From assembly GCA_030704615.1 (NCBI GenBank), contig CM060732.1:9300001-9364000 (forward strand): DNA of 64,000 nucleotides, given 5' to 3'. Position numbers and translations under genes: made by a program. Shown here one piece after another: positions 44,708 to 57,800 of this stretch. The notes below the pieces were generated by a model. The model made no database searches and had not been told where the DNA came from. It was given only the letters and a program-made list of their open reading frames with translations. Position 1 is the first letter of the stretch. Every line of letters starts with the position of its first letter. The stretch is from Takakia lepidozioides. Its lineage: Eukaryota > Plantae > Bryophyta.

Positions 44708-47700
44708 TGGATGATTTTCGCACAGTACTCCACCCCGATATAATCAAGAAGTGCGAAACAGGAAGCGCTGCAGGCACTTGGTATTCTTTGACTCGAGAGA
44801 CGTTTCTGGAGTACATGTATGCGGTAAGGCCGAGCATGTACTCACTTGTCTTTCTAAATACATGTTTGAATTTTGTTTTGTATTCATCCCTATTTTGATC
44901 AATGCAGCAAGAGCTGGCAGAGGCAGCTGAGAAGGGGAAATCCGAATACTACCGCACTACAACAGAGGAACTTAGGACATCAAAGGATGTGGAAGCAACA
45001 ATAAAGAAGGAGTATGAAATCCGCAGAACCAAACTGATGTCCGCCTTCGGAAAGCAGCTTAGAATAGTAGATCATGGCCTTGGTGTTGAGTTCCTTCTGC
45101 AGATCAAATCTCACTATGATAAGCATGTGCACCTGGAGATGCAGCAGGAGAATTTGCACCTGCTGGCCATCTCCATGGTCGACCCCCAAACCAAAATAAG
45201 GTGGCTGGAGATTTGGAACTCAGATCAGACAGTGAAGGACTTGAATCAATTCCTAAAGAGCACTATACAGCCTGGCACAAAGATGGAAGGAATCAGTGAC
45301 ATTGTGTTTGACAATGGCTTCACAAGGCTACATTTTGGAGTCAGGTATGTATTCAAAGAAATTCCATTTTTGTTGACTTCATGAATGTGATGAGTACCTT
45401 ATTTGCAAAACTAACAAATGTACCTTTTGCAGCTGGAGAAGCGCGCCACCATTGTGCTTGAGCAGACTTTGAAGGACTTGAACATTTCAATTGTTTCCCC
45501 GCCTCAAATGACATTGGAGGCATACATAAGAAAGTGGAGAGGTCTCACCTAGAGATACTGTTTTTTTCCGAGAGTTCTCCAAGGACAGAAACATTTTGCG
45601 GTCCAACGACTTCGACAGTCAGGTTGGATGAGAGTGGGCCATGATGCGAGTTGTGTACAGGTGCAATGTCCTACTGAGAAATTTTTAGACTTTGGTAGCA
45701 GTGTAATCATAGATCCAAAGTGAATGTCGGTGCCGACATTCACTCCTATGTCTGTGTCCTTCCAAACCTAGAGATTGCATTCACCTGGATTAGCAACTTA
45801 GTGTGTATTTGCACTGTCCTTGAATGGAATTTTGTGAATGGCGTTGACGACATTCATATCCAGAGCTGTTGTGAGCTCCAGAGATTTTTTGTACATTTTG
45901 TATGTTCCGTTGACATTTTGGTGAGTGTTCCTCACTTGAGGTTTCTGAATGTCGTTGCCGACATTCACTTTCCTTGCAATGTTGTTGCCTCTTGTGAGAA
46001 ATCGTTGTAATCAACGATCCAAAGAGAATGTCGTTGCCGACATTCACTTCTATGTCTGTGTCCTTCCAAAGCCAGAGATTGCATTCACCTGGATTAGGAA
46101 CTTATGGTGTGTTTGCAGTGTCCTTGAATGGAATTTTGTGAATGTCGTTGACGACATTCACATCCAGAGCTGTTGTGAGCTCCTGAGAGCTCCTTAGAGC
46201 TGTTCTGAGCTCCATTTCCTTCCTCGTTTTTTTCATTCTGTGCTACTGGCATCTTACTCACTTCGCGCTTTGGTGGGTTGTGTTTTGTCTCGCGTTTCAT
46301 AGGTACACGAAATATGTGCTTATGGATGGAAATCACCTCAGCGGTATTCCAGATTATCTTGACATGTGGTCGAACCCTGCAAACGATCCAACCATGTACA
46401 CTTCAGGAATATTGAAGGACTGGAGTCCTTCTCACTTCAGAGACTGTGGTTGGTACCTAGACTGCCCACCTGAGCACACGACCTTTCAAGAGCAGCACAT
46501 GAAATATTTGAACAATAATGTTGAGATGTTGGCGCCTCTGAATGACGAGGAACTTACCAAAGAAACATAGCAACATTGGCTGCCAAGGAGCCTGATGCTC
46601 AGGAAACAATGCAGAAGGGCAAGAAGGCGGGGCGCAAACCAAAAGACAAGGCTCCTGATGTCATAGCCAGGTTACCAGCAAAGCCAAACAACAAAGACAA
46701 GTCCAAGGACAAGGAGAAGGAAAAAGACAAGGGGAAGGAGAAAGAAACAGAAAGGGAGATGGAAAAAGAGAGTGAGAAGGACTTCACTGCTGGAAGGTAT
46801 ACCCGCACAATTCAGTGCGTGTTCGATGCCAGGCCACACCCTTCCCATGCAGATTCGGCAAGTGAGATTAAGATTGTTAATGAGGGATGGCTGGCGATGA
46901 TGCAGAGTCGAAAGAGAGGATACACTAGGGTGCCTTCGTCTACCTGGGACAACATGATCTCATTCCTTAATCTGGTGACAATTTGATTTTCTTTCCTTTG
47001 CATCTGTAAGTGTCATTTGCAGCCTTAAAGTTTGGTTCTTTGAAAACATTCTTGTCTTCGTTCTAAAATTTGACATGTCTGTTGCAGGTGAGCACCGGTC
47101 CCACCTTTGTGTGCGGTGTGTAGAAAACATTTGCAGCTGACATTGTCATTCTCGACATCCCGGACGGCCAGGCTGTGCCAGAAATTCTTCCGAAGGGCAA
47201 GACGCCAAGCTGGAACAAGTTCGATGACAACTACTGGAGTTGGGTATTCGGGTTTTGCAATAATTTCCTCTCTGATGCAGGGACACTTCTGCTTTTTCAA
47301 TCATGTGACAAAGATAGTCGTCGGGCCTTGGCATCATACCTGAAGTCCTCTGGGTTTGAAGTTTTGCGCACATGGAATTGTGTGAACAGCCTATACCTTG
47401 TGAAAGGGGGTTGTCCTGGTCAGCTGGTATGCCATCTCCCTTCTTCTTGTGCTTTCATGCTGCATTTCAATATTCTCTGCAGCTCCACTATAGAAGAATG
47501 TGTAATGATTGACACCGATCATGATAGATTCGTGACAAAACAGATTGTTGTATGCCTTTGTTTTGAATTTCCAGTGTGCAAACTTCCACTATAGTTTGTA
47601 TTTACCACCCTAACCTGCAATCTTTGGCAGACGAGGATGTTCGAGGCGATCTGCCTGCAGAGGATTCGCACCTCAAAGACACCATCCTCCGTCCGCAGCT

Positions 47701-48531
47701 TTGAGATTTCTGACCAGGGTTGCTTCGTCAACCCCCCGTATGAGCCGCATGTCGATGACATTTTGTACAACTTCATGCAGTCCAGTCAGACTCTCAAGAG
47801 ACCAGATGGCACTCCCTGGAGAGGTGCAAAGGAAAAAACCCAAGCGTTCAGTACTAGAGTCATGCAGCCACCATTCTGCACGGGTGGTCGATCTTTCTGT
47901 GTCCACAGGTTTGTTCTCTCCCTTTCGAATTGATTTTCTTTCACCAGTTTCATCTTCTTAAATCCCCCCCCCCACCAACCTGTTCATGTCCTCTTGTCTG
48001 GTGCAGGAGCAACTTACCATGCATGCAAGGTAGGCGGAAGAAGTCTTTTTGGCATGGAGGGTGATTCTGACCTTTACAAGACAGTGCTCATCCCCCTTTT
48101 GTCTAGCTCCACTTTAGGCACACAGACTGAGAGGATTCAAATCCGAAATGATGACGATCCCGAGGATAAGCAGGTCGACAACGGCTTTTCATGTGAGTAA
48201 GTCCTAAACCCACTTTGGGAGCCATACTCAATTTCTCGGACATCAAATTTATAGTAATAATTTTTTTCGGCCTGTGACTTGCAGGAAAGGCAACGATGGA
48301 TCTTCAGGAGATACCCCCATTTGTGACGAGTCTGTTTTCGACAGCCCCCTTTCCAATTTTCTGCTTCCTGTGTATGCCGAAGCAATGGCACTTCATGCGG
48401 CCGAGTCTCTATCCCCTGACTTTTTATTGCCCGGCCGCAGGTGTAGCCAGCGTAGATCCGGAGTTCTTCAATACTTAGACTTAGATGCAGAGGACGCGGG
48501 GATACATTGTACTGACTCTGAGTCAGACTGA
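44708..48531 (+). pseudogene. Subfamily E ParB-MTase gene (exon 3 to end), diverged and inactivated
   Basis: GTWYSLT, IRWLEIWN, MRVVY|RYTKYVL, ADIVILDIPDG (47154), VVDLSVSTG|ATYHACKVGGRSLFGMEGD; stop at 46568 and several frameshifts. Confidence 0.82.
45715..46190. repeat. Subfamily E palindromes (TGAATGTCGGTGCCGACATTCA) inside intron 45661-46302
   Basis: Five copies at 45721, 45835, 45946, 46026 and 46139; ~305-bp tandem duplication. Confidence 0.85.
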
Positions 48532-48649
48532 ACTTTGTTCTTTAAAATGTTCTGTTTCATCCTCTTCGGAAAACATTGAATCCCCTTACTCCACTGTAGT
48601 TGTTCCGGCAAAAAAAGAAAATCAAAGAATCCACTTTCATTCAAATGGC

Positions 48650-49015
48650 AATATGTATGAATCCATCCAACAAACCCCACTCACTCTTCTCATATCCATT
48701 GTGCATTCATCTACTGTGCGTTCATGCGTGCTCCATTCGTGAATGTTTTCCTTTATTAAACATCCAGTATACATTCATCCACTGTACTCTGTAATCCACC
48801 CCACAAACCTACCACACTCATGTCATATACATTGTGCATTCATCTACAGTGTATTCATGCATCTTCCAGTCATGAATGTTTTCCATTCTTCAACATCCAT
48901 TATACATTCATCCATTTTACTATTACCCATCCCACATTCATCCATTTACTTTCATTTTTCGCACTCATCCATCTATTTATCATCCACTCTACATTCATCC
49001 ATCCTTCATTCATCT
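48650..49015. repeat. CATTCAT/CATCCA low-complexity repeat
   Basis: Recurring cattcatcc motifs. Confidence 0.6.
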
Positions 49016-49299
49016 GTTGCTTTCAGGTGGGATTGACCACGTCCTTTTATTATGTCGTCCATCTTGTTTCCGCGGTGAAGGGTGCTCTTCCGCGGGAATA
49101 CACTCCACTTCTTCCTGGGTGCGTGGTGACGGGGCCTTCAAGCGCGATGACGTGGAGTGAGCCCCGTGATGTGGCGTTGGTGCAAGGTGACGTGGCATGA
49201 GTGCAGTTGCGCTCACGCGCTCACGCGACCAAGCTCACGCCGAGGCATCCCTACAGGTGAAGCCCAGGGAAGGGCAGAGAGGACCTCAGATGCAGGGGT

Positions 49300-51460
49300 C
49301 TCTCCCTTCATTTTCAAGCCAACAACGGGCGGATGTGGTGTGTTGGACATGCCATATAATAGGAAAATAGCACCTTCCCCCAACCCCCGCCATGCTTTAC
49401 GGGCCTCTGTGGTTAAAACCAGCCAAGAGACCTCTTGACCGATTTGCCAAACTTGCTTCACGGGTCTACAAAGAAGACGAACTAATCTGGCAGTATTACA
49501 TGGATCTTAAGGAAGCAGCAGCAGCAGAGAATTTTGAAGATGTAGCTCAGAGGGATCACATGTTTAACATATTTCCTAATGGGTCTGCCCACTGAAATCC
49601 AGGCTTGGGCTCAGCGTCGCACCTTCAGGAATAATGAGTTATGGTAGAAGAGGTTAGGTTGATTAGGTTATTAGATTTGGCTAACAGCAAAGAACGGCAA
49701 CAACATCAGATTTCAGGCTCCCTTCATGAGCCATGAGTCTGGCCATACATTGCCTGCCAAAGTGGCTCTTTATGTCCCGCCAGCCATGAAGGTCTGGGCA
49801 GATGAATTATCCTTGCAGCAATTGGCCAGCACGGTGGGTGATCTTAGCAACTCTATTGCCACTCAATTTGTTGCTCTCAACGTCAACACCCGCAAGCAAG
49901 AGTGGCAGCCCAAAAAAAATGATCATGGGGGTGGTAACAATAGGGGTCGCACTCAAATGGGTGACAATTATGAAGGTCAGCATGCTACTTGCTATATTTG
50001 TGGTTCTCTAGAGCACTACACGAAGTTCTGTCCACATAGAGAAGGCCTGGCTGACCTGATCAAAGCCAAACAAGGTTGCTCCTGGTCCTTTAAACTAAGG
50101 CGATCTCTTGGACAGGGGGTAAGAGATCACAAGCCCATAAACCCTGATACTCAGGTCAAGTTGCGTGTTGTTTTGTCCATTGATTTTAAGGCCTTGCACT
50201 GTGAATCTAGCAAAAGAAATGGGGTCCAGAAGATCAGTCCTCTTGTTACTCAATGTCATGTGAATGAATTGACTTTTCCTCAAGTGTTGTTGACACGGGT
50301 TGCACCATGTCTGCAATTCCCCTGCAAGTAGTTCGAGTTTTGGGCCTTGAACTTGTTCCTGCCACAGGACTTGAAGTCCTTATTGCTGATGGCTCCAGGT
50401 ATGAACCTTGAGGGCTGGTTACTGTTCCCATTATAAGAATTCACATAAAGGAAGTTGTTGTTACATGCATAGTCGCTATTGGGGATCAGTTCCTGCTGAG
50501 TCTTGATTGGATGTCTGGAGCTAAAACTACCATCAATCCAGGGGATTACTTTATGCGTTTTTTTAATGGGGAAGGGCATGAGGTGGTGGTAGCCCTGAAA
50601 ACAACTACCATGAGGGCTAGATGTGTTACAGCCAACCTTTCTAGAGTTCAAGCAATGGTAAGTGAGGTGAGACAACACTCTCTAGGTGACATGAATTGGT
50701 CTGAATTATCTCAATACAAGCCTGATCTCCGGCTTATGTACCAATGGCATGTTCTTGTACAGGGTCAGAAGGCTGGTGTCTCTATCACTGTGCTTAAGAA
50801 CACCACATTGATACGAGCACCCCTTGATGTCATCATTCCCCACCCAGAAAAATTGTTAAGACAAGTCTGGCTTTCATTTGTCCTTAGGATCATTACCTTG
50901 AAATAGAAGGATGGAGACTAACTGCCTTGAAACACTGTCGTGTGGCTGGGAAGGTGAATACTACACGAATCCAGAGTCTGATGACGAGTTTCAGGACTGG
51001 ACCAAAGTCACCAACCAACAAAGGAGAGAAGCACATCTGATCTACCTACATGCTATTGGGACCGACTCCAAAAAAGGAAGAAGCAAACATGCAAACATTG
51101 GAGGCAGAACAGAGGTGGGAAGACATAAAAAGTAAACTCAGGATCAGTCCTGAGCTCACTCCAAAGCAGAAGCAACAGCTGCTGGAAGTATGTAGAAGAA
51201 ATCATCACAGCTTTGCCATGAACAAAGCCGACCTTGGCCATTGTGCTGACGTGGAGCACGAAATCAACACCCAAGGGTTCCCTGCAACCAGAAAGCCAGC
51301 AAACAGACTGTCAGAAGCTGAGGAGAACCTTGTATAAGAATAGATTGAAGCACTCATTTTATAAGGTAAAATGCCAATCAACAAGTCTGAATATGCATGC
51401 CCAGTTACTTTGCCACCCAAGAAAGTTGGGAGCAAAAGGTTTTGTGTAGATTACAGGGCC
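49300..51460 (+). mobile_element. Degenerate Ty3/Gypsy gag-pol
   Basis: CCHC knuckle CYICGSLEHYTKFC (~49990); RT N-terminus HEINT...SEYACPVTLPPKKVGSKRFCVDYR (51256-51458); many stops. Confidence 0.8.
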
Positions 51461-51469
51461 AGTCTTAGC

Positions 51470-52625
51470 CGGAGCTTGACATGTAAGTAAACAATGTTCC
51501 AAGGTTTCCAAGACCGCCGTAGAGCAACAACCACACATTACTGCTCCCTGGAACTGAAGCTATTCACCGACTTTGAGAACCCTATTAACTACTTGCCATA
51601 GGAAAGATGCAATCTTTGATGGACGAGTTTTAATCCAGACAGATCGTTTTCCAGTTCTCGTCTCGGAAGTTGTACAACCCCCATCTAGATTCCCATTTTT
51701 TGCTCATAGGTTGGGTTACTGATAGGGCTCTCTATCATTTTTTGGTAGTGTATGCAAAGAAGGGCTCTGGCGAGTTTTTGAGTTCCAGGACCATTCCAGG
51801 GGGTCAATCTCCATTTCTGCTAGGGGCCTTCCTAGGATCCAAACAAATGAGTTGGTTGCCAGCCAAGCCCTAGTGGTGATAGTGAGTGGAGGCTGGGGAT
51901 TCATCGCTTTGTCTGGGGCTGTCCAGTAGCAGACTCTGACTAGAGTAAGAGCCATTGTTGGAATGCGTACGGGTTCATGAGAGGTAAGTGTGAGTCTAAG
52001 TGAAGTGGTATTGATGGTGAAGGTGTAGATCGAAATATCATTCATGGTGGTCTTCTACAAACAGAATAGTAAGGTACGACGAGGGCCCAAGAGTTTGGGG
52101 TTGGCTCAGGAGGGCTAGAGGAAAGGGTTGAGAGCCATTGTACTGGGATAGATTGAATGATTTGCTGATGGCCTTTGGATGCTTGTGCAACACCGACATC
52201 TTGAGCCACAGATTCTTGAGTTCAGAGACTGTTTCCTGTCCATAAGTTATGTACCTGTCTGATGCCCAGACAGTCTTATTTCGACCATCTTTTTGCCTGG
52301 TTTTTCTGGGAAGGGGTCAAAGGGGTACTGTTTAAGAACAAATGTTGTCTTTTAATTTTGTAATAGTTGTTTGGTTGGGCTTTGATGAGCAGCTTCCTTA
52401 GCTGCCCCCAAGCCTGCCAGATGCTTGACCAGAGAGTGGAACCCACTGACTTAAGGTTGAACCCCTGAGTGAGCCATCAAAGGGAGAGGCTCCACTGGGG
52501 AGTTTTAAGGGGGGATGAACTGACAATGTGGTCGTAGACCAAGAACTTCCACCATCCCCCCTCAGGACCAAGAAATCGGGGTATCCATTTGCCTAGGAGT
52601 GCGACAATCTGGGTCTCGGGATCAA
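51470..52625 (-). mobile_element. Degenerate L1-like LINE ORF2 post-RT fragment
   Basis: DPETQIVALLGKWIPRFLGP..WW and IDPLEWSW motifs; frameshifted. Confidence 0.5.
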
Positions 52626-53064
52626 GAGGCAGAAAGGGCTAAGTGCTCGGCACTTAGCAGTAACAAAGCATGGGACACAGTACCACGAGGAGCAGTAGTG
52701 GGTTGTGTAGCAATCGTGGGCCGTGAACCACAATATCACATGGCCACGGTAGGATAGGCTTTACTAGTAGAAGGAGTAGTGAGGGACTGTGGGCCGTGTA
52801 CCACTAAAGGCACACGACCACGGGCCAGGGGGTTGCTATTCCATGAGCTCATGAGCGGGCATGGCTCACCCATGAGCTGCAAAGTAACACACTTCAAATT
52901 TCGGCAGATTTTTTTCGGGCCAAAAACTATAAAATAATCAAAAATCGAAGATTTCCGCGCTCATGCTGGAAGCACTCCGCTCATGAGTACTAGTGTACGC
53001 TCATGACTTGGAGCCCAGGCTCATGGACCGCCAGGCCAGGTCATAGAAAAACTGAATTCTGGGC

Positions 53065-53535
53065 AATAACGGCACCGAAATTATCCCAGAGGCAGAGACG
53101 CAAGCGGAATTAGGATCCGGGTTTGCAGACTCCGAAAACTCAATGGCGACCTATAACCGTGGATAGTACTGTTGCAGAAGTGCAGGATGGTTGGGTATAA
53201 CGGCGCCGTAATTGGGCACAGGAAAAGAAATAGCCGGCTGAAGGCTCGGGAGTGAAGCCAACAATGGTGAAAGTAATTGGGCTCCGCCAACCAAATACCC
53301 GGCTGCATCCTCCGGAGTGCAGGCGATAACAGCGCCGAATTGGGCCCCGGAAACCAAATACTCGGCTGAAGCCACCGGAGTGCAGCCGATAATGGCGCCG
53401 AAATTGGGTCCGGAAACCAAATACCCGGCTGAAGGCTGGGGTTGCAACCAATAACGGCGCCGAAATTGACCTGCGGAAACAAAATTCTCGGCTGAAGCTT
53501 CCGCACTCCATCCAATAACGGCACCGAAATTGGGC
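53065..53535. repeat. Subterminal ~63-bp tandem array with ATAACGGCRCCGAAATT cores
   Basis: Cores at ~53326, 53388, 53450 and 53514. Confidence 0.85.
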
Positions 53536-53652
53536 TCTGGAGAGCAAATACCCACCTTAGGGTGAGGGAGGCCTTGCTCTCATTTTGCTCTTCACTCTTC
53601 TCTGTTGTGCCCATCTCCTCCCTGCTTTGAGTTCGTGCTGTGTCGTGAGGCC

Positions 53653-54204
53653 ATGTCGTGCCCGAATCACATCTATCGACGCCAGACGGGAGTCATTTAC
53701 CCGAAAGCAGACGACATCATTGTCTTCCTGGATGTTTACAGGGACGATCCTCGACTTGTCCAGCTGAGAGCAATGGAGTTTCTTCCAGGATTGCACGATT
53801 CTCCTGGACCCCGGCTGGGGAGCAGGTGGTTCCTACGCATCATGGACCTGGACTTTCCGCATGAGTGGGAGCCGAACAGATCACGCACATCGTTGCTGTA
53901 TTGCTGGAATTGTTGCGAGTGGACGTATGATGAGTGCATAGGTGAAAACTTTACGCGTGGACGGACTGGCTCGGAAAGTGGGGACATTCTCTTCAGTTAT
54001 GAGGATGAGGAGGAGGGGAACACAGGGCCCACTGTGAAAATGTCCTTCTACCAAGGGGGCGCTATCGATAAACATGACATCCTCGTTAGTTTCAACCGGG
54101 CGACAGAAACCACTGACATTTTGTTCAAATATAGGCACCCGGTCACTGAGGAGGTCCTTGAGAGGCCAGTTAGAGTCCCTTCTTCTTGGGCGAGGGGACC
54201 ATAG
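53653..54204 (+). CDS. Uncharacterised ~183-aa protein (orphan family)
   Basis: DDIIVFL..LRAMEF..WFLRIMDLDFP..RSRTSLLYCWNCCEWT..GEN..GDI..PTVKMSFYQGGAIDKHDILV..VPSSW. Confidence 0.75.
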   Translation: MSCPNHIYRRQTGVIYPKADDIIVFLDVYRDDPRLVQLRAMEFLPGLHDSPGPRLGSRWFLRIMDLDFPHEWEPNRSRTSLLYCWNCCEWTYDECIGENFTRGRTGSESGDILFSYEDEEEGNTGPTVKMSFYQGGAIDKHDILVSFNRATETTDILFKYRHPVTEEVLERPVRVPSSWARGP

Positions 54205-54887
54205 GTCTTGCATGCTAGAGTAGACATGTTTCGACTCGCTGACACTCATGGCATATACATTTTCATTCAGAAATCAAGCAGCTTCCCTGTGCCATATGGG
54301 GAATATACATGCTTGGATAATCTTCTGTTAAGGTTTTTTGCAATTCACTGCCAGTATGCTGGGGCGTGTCCTTTGTCGTATGGATTGCTGTTTGCACAAG
54401 GTGCAGTATGCAAACGCTGGAATGTGCAGTAGGACCCTTCCCACTGGGACACGGAACTAGCAATCTTGTAAAGGCATCACATTTGCAGAACAGTAACAAT
54501 GTATTTGTAGCAAATTGGAGAATCTCATAAAGGTGGACGAAAACGCCAGGATGGGCTGCGAAATCACTACAAATTGAATGAAGAGCAGTAACAAGGAAGC
54601 ACTATGTAGTACACAGACCATAAACGGCGCTGAAATAGGCCTCAATGCCCGTTAATCTCCACACAATGTATGCTTTACTCGGATCCATTTGTAGACAACC
54701 AAAATAAAAAAAAGCATGCGCATGCCATTCATGGCCAAAAACCACATTCTCATGTATTGTGGCACCGAAATTCACCGGTAGCCATGGCGATGCGGCACCA
54801 CCGAGTGTATAATTCCTCACAAAAAAATAGGGTGCAAGAAGATGAATGTAATATAATTGCCACTTTCTCCTTCCCGAATGTGGAATG

Positions 54888-57800
54888 TCAAGCAGTCCGA
54901 CCAGTATCCTGCCGTAGGGCCTTGTACAGCTCATTGAAACTCAGTGTTGGAGCATGGATGAAGACGTCCACTGCGGATATGCAACTCATGCGCTTCAGAA
55001 AAATGTAATAAAGGTGTTTGCAGGGGACGTATGTTGCATTCTTCGATTCCATAACAAAGAAGTCCTCACAGTTGCAAGCTGGGTACTGTGAAACCGTGAT
55101 TGCATACACGACACTGCGCGCAGCAGACCCGGCTGTTGACAACTGAAATATGCGCCCCATCCCGGGGTGAGGACCATCCCTGCAACCTTGCACTATGCAG
55201 GGCATTGCAAGAGCGTTGGTCATCCTTGTGTCGTTCGCCTTTGTTGGTGGCCGTCGTCTTTTCAGTTTCCCCCACCGATGGGTGGGCCAAGCTGCGGGGT
55301 CACCCACCGGTATGCGGGGCGAAGAGCTTCTCGTGGGAGGAGGATGACGACTGGGAATTGGATTTCGTGGAACATCTGTCCTCTCCACCAGTTGAAACCC
55401 TGCACTTCCTAGAGCGTCTGCCTCCTCCAGGGTAAGATCTGTACCAGTTGCCACAGGCCAGACTGCCGGTGGTTCAGGCATGCCTTGTACACCATATTTG
55501 GGCTTGCCAAACACACACGACATGATGTCGTGCCTGCAGAACCAAAACTCCTTCAGTGTGGCCTCCACAAACTTTGCGCACACAAATCTCCCTGTGAAGC
55601 AAGGGGTAGGCACACCGCCCTGCGGGCTTCTCCGAATCATCTCATTGCATCTCTGGTTGGTGTCGACACGAACAGCACAACATTTGCCACGAAATGTCGG
55701 ACGGGTCCGTGCAATTCTCCACTACGAGGCCGACACATCTCGCTCCACGATTGGAATGCTGTATTGGGTAACGAAAACAGGAGCAACATGCTCATCCTCG
55801 GCATGTTGTCCCGAGTCTGGCAGCGATTCCATGGATGCTGCAAGAGAGGGGGTACGAGTCTTGCTTTGTGGAGGCGTGGGACGCAACATCGTTGCGCCCC
55901 GAGGTTGAGTGCGGATGTTCATATCTGATCTCCATGAATCCCCGTCTCCTCCGGGCATGTCCTCAATTCTTCTCTTCACCGGCCGGCTGCGGACATCGCC
56001 CTCCAGGCAGTTCCCCCGATTGTGTAACGGCGTTGACCTTATTGTTTCCCGCAATGCAGCAGTCCATTTTTTGGGATCGGTCGAACGATGCGCCGCCCTC
56101 ATCAGCATGCCTGTCTAGTCCGATACCCCATTGCTTTCCTCCCAGAAACTGGTAGTAACGAGATTGTTGCATGATGGCCCTCACACTATCTTCTTTTGTT
56201 GCTGTCAACATGTCAACGAGATGTGCCGCAGAGGAAGCACGCCAGGAAGAGTGCACCGATTCGGCCATGTTCGTCGTCGGCATATCCGTGTCATCCTCCA
56301 AGCTCATGTCCTGTTGAACGAAATTAGAAATGTCACTGATTGTGGAGAATGTCCAAGCACAAAACAGAACAATTGTCAAGTACAAAAATGTGTTACTTGT
56401 CTCATGTAGTCTCCAAAATGGCGGAATCTATAGTGCCACCACGCAAGCCACGTTTGCAGTTCTGGCTGATCTTTCACATCCACTGCCCCTGAAGACACCC
56501 ACCAGGCGCGTATGGTTGCAAACTCGGTCTCCGCCTCATCGATGGAATTCGCATTTTTCCACGCTAGGCACATACTGATATGATCGTGCCGGTGGCGTGA
56601 CGCCACGAACCTTTTCGTGTTTTGCGTCAAACTCTGCATGAAGTGGAACCCGCAAGATCTCTCCTTCCCTTCCATTGGAGTCTTTGGGTTGTCCCCATAT
56701 ACCCTCCTAACTGCAGCCCAGTTCGCCTGGGCATTGTCAGCCATGAAGCCCCTAAAATCGGGAGGGGGCAACTTGGCTCTCGCCATTTGCTCATTAATTC
56801 CGCGCCACATATGCAACTCCGAATCTGTGTCTTCTCCCTTCATTTCGCAGATAGCAATGGTCATCAACTTTTTGCAATGTGGGTCGTATACATGTGCCCC
56901 CATTGTCACCCAATCGTGGTTAGTAATTCGCCGGATGTGGTCGAACATGACCCAGCAATTTGAGAGGTCTCCACTGGTCATCCGCTTCACCAAATCGACG
57001 CCGCTCCCCGGTCCGCACGTTGACATCTTAAATATGAAGCACCTGTCCGTCTCCGAGCCTTGACCAGGAAAGAAGCTGCCTTGGATGAAGTCGTAGCCGT
57101 ATGTGCGCTTCACTTCCAAGATGGAGTGCATGTCTGATCCTCTTCCGATTCGTTTCTTGCAGCCGACAATGTGGTTCCTGACATTGGGGCTGCACACATG
57201 GGAGACAGCTTCCAGCAGGTCCTTCATGTCCCCCTCGCCAACTTCTCTCTTGTGCTTCCGTCCTCCGACATTATTCTGCCAATTGCAATCCTATGTGCCG
57301 ATGCGAGCTGTATCTGCTTTGGTTTTGCACCCGGCCTCAACCTCACCTCCTCCTTGATAATATCCTAGGCTTGTTGAAAAGCGACTCTGCAATTGCCTCT
57401 GGCGAGGGGGTGCTCATGCTTTCCGATGTGAATGCATGCTCTGGTGCACGCTGGGCCGACGGTCCCGACGTAGTACTGCTTGGCGTTGCACACTGCCATG
57501 CACGTAGGGGCTGCGTTGCAATGGGCACACTTGAACGTCCCTGCAGGAACTCTACCTTGAGGCCAAAATGGGGTCAACAAATTGCCAATCCAGTCAGTCT
57601 CATTCCTGGTGCCTTTGCTAGTGTAATGGTAACATGTGCTCGAGAAACATTTAAGATGCCCAGCACACAATACATATCTCACTCGAACTCCATCACCCAG
57701 GTTGGACGATGAAGTTTTGGTGACACACCAAGGGTGGCTGTCATGTTTCCTGTTCATTCCTGCGAGCATGCCGTCTGGGCCTGCGCCTGCCGGCACTCGA

